This document shows positions 63,011-64,000 of a stretch of DNA of 64,000 nt, piece after piece. The DNA is from Gammaproteobacteria bacterium (lineage in GTDB: Bacteria; Pseudomonadota; Gammaproteobacteria; Eutrophobiales; Eutrophobiaceae), in assembly GCA_965221455.1 (NCBI GenBank), contig OZ244890.1, forward strand, positions 2,025,774 to 2,089,773, read 5' to 3'. A model generated the notes under the pieces. That model searched no databases, had not been told where the DNA came from, and worked only from the letters and a program-made list of their open reading frames with translations. Both the position numbers and the translations under genes were made by a program. Each line of letters starts with the position of its first letter. Within the stretch, counting starts at the first letter, position 1.

Positions 63011-64000
63011 CAATGACCAAAGAACAACAGATCGAAAGCAAATTAATCGAGAAGCTCGAAGAGCTTAAATATACCTATCGTCAGGATATACGTGACAAGG
63101 TTTCGCTGGAGCAGAATTTCCGGGCAAAGTTCGAGGCGCTGAACCATGTGGACCTGACTGATTCAGAGTTTGCCCGCCTGCGTGATGAAATTGTCAACGC
63201 GGATGCCTTTGCCGCTGCCAAAATCCTTCGCGAGCGCAATACCTTCGAGCGTGAAGACGGCACACCACTGCAATATACGCTGGTCAATATCAAGCACTGG
63301 TGCAAAAACGATTTTGAAGTCATCAATCAATTACGCATTAACACAGATAACAGCCATCATCGCTATGATGTCATCTTGTTGATTAACGGCGTCCCCGTTG
63401 TTCAGATTGAGCTAAAAACGCTTGGTCTCAGTCCACGCCGCGCCATGGAGCAAATTGTCGAATACAAAAACGATCCAGGCAATGGTTATAGCAATACGCT
63501 GTTGTGCTTCATGCAGCTTTTTATTGTCAGCAATCGGGACGATACCCTGTACTTTGCCAATAACCAAAAACAGCATTTCAGCTTTAATGCCGATGAACGG
63601 TTTTTACCGATTTATCAGCTTGCCCATGAAGACAACTCGAAAATAACCCATCTTGACAAATTTGCTGATCATTTCCTCGCCAAATGCACGCTGGGTCAGA
63701 TGATCAGCCGTTACATGGTACTGGTGGCCGGCGAGCAAAAGCTGATGATTATGCGACCGTATCAAATCTATGCGGTCAAGGCGATTGTCGATTGCATCCA
63801 GCAAAATCGCGGCAACGGCTACATCTGGCACACCACAGGCAGCGGTAAAACGTTGACTTCCTTTAAGGCTTCCACGTTACTCAAAGACAATTCAGACATT
63901 GATAAATGCCTGTTTGTGGTAGACCGTAAAGACCTGGATCGCCAAACCCGTGCGGAATTTAACAAGTTTCAGGAAGGCTGCGTTGAAGAAAACACCAATA
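63011..64000 (+). CDS. hsdR: Type I restriction enzyme R subunit (HsdR), N-terminal part; continues beyond the window
   Basis: HsdR_N nuclease domain (RYDVILLINGVPVVQIELK) and start of the helicase domain (PYQIYAVKAI...GYIWHTTGSGKTLTSF). The ORF is open to the window end. Confidence 0.85.

Noticed and set aside
63081-63831. Small ORFs on both strands inside the hsdR region (63081..63326, 63170..63382, 63422..63646, 63604..63831)
   Set aside because: The plus-strand frame starting at 63011 gives a continuous HsdR N-terminal domain and helicase motif I; these are alternative-frame or antisense shadows.

Overview
This is an AT-rich gammaproteobacterial chromosomal segment, about 64 kb, made up almost entirely of housekeeping genes. 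Gene order, plus the separate nuoC and nuoD genes and the secG-tRNA-Leu(GAG) linkage, points to a non-enteric lineage.

Gene order, left to right:
- dapE (truncated at the window start), an orphan dam methyltransferase, then bolA, yciI, yciB and yciO.
- trpS, scpA, scpB and rluB.
- tpiA, secG and tRNA-Leu(GAG), then argB.
- A long leader ending in a TPP riboswitch, then thiC.
- A complete 14-gene nuo operon (nuoA to nuoN).
- nhaA and a rhodanese.
- A cluster of secreted proteins on the minus strand: SRPBCC, a YVTN beta-propeller, PCuAC, psd and a CXXCH protein.
- Glycerate kinase, avtA and sohB.
- A chemosensory cluster on the minus strand.
- TSUP, msrA, mtaB, an HDAC-like protein, prc and fkpA.
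- At the 3' end, a more GC-rich block with an NYN/LOTUS protein and the start of a type I restriction hsdR.

No CRISPR array, IS element or integrase was seen.

Most notable observations:
- A translationally coupled gene pair, a SAM methyltransferase plus an ALKBH8-like 2OG/Fe(II) oxygenase, lies inside the nuo operon between nuoF and nuoG.
- The chemosensory cluster (MCP, CheW, CheA-CheW-REC hybrid) has no CheY, CheR or CheB. It is headed by a protein that combines a c-di-GMP-binding MshEN-like domain with a cNMP-binding domain.
- secG carries an in-frame 2 x 87 bp tandem repeat in a C-terminal extension.
- A GC-rich, multiply frameshifted remnant of a secreted repeat protein carries dockerin-like DVDGSG motifs.
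- A large secreted protein with a single CXXCH motif sits next to the PCuAC and beta-propeller genes.
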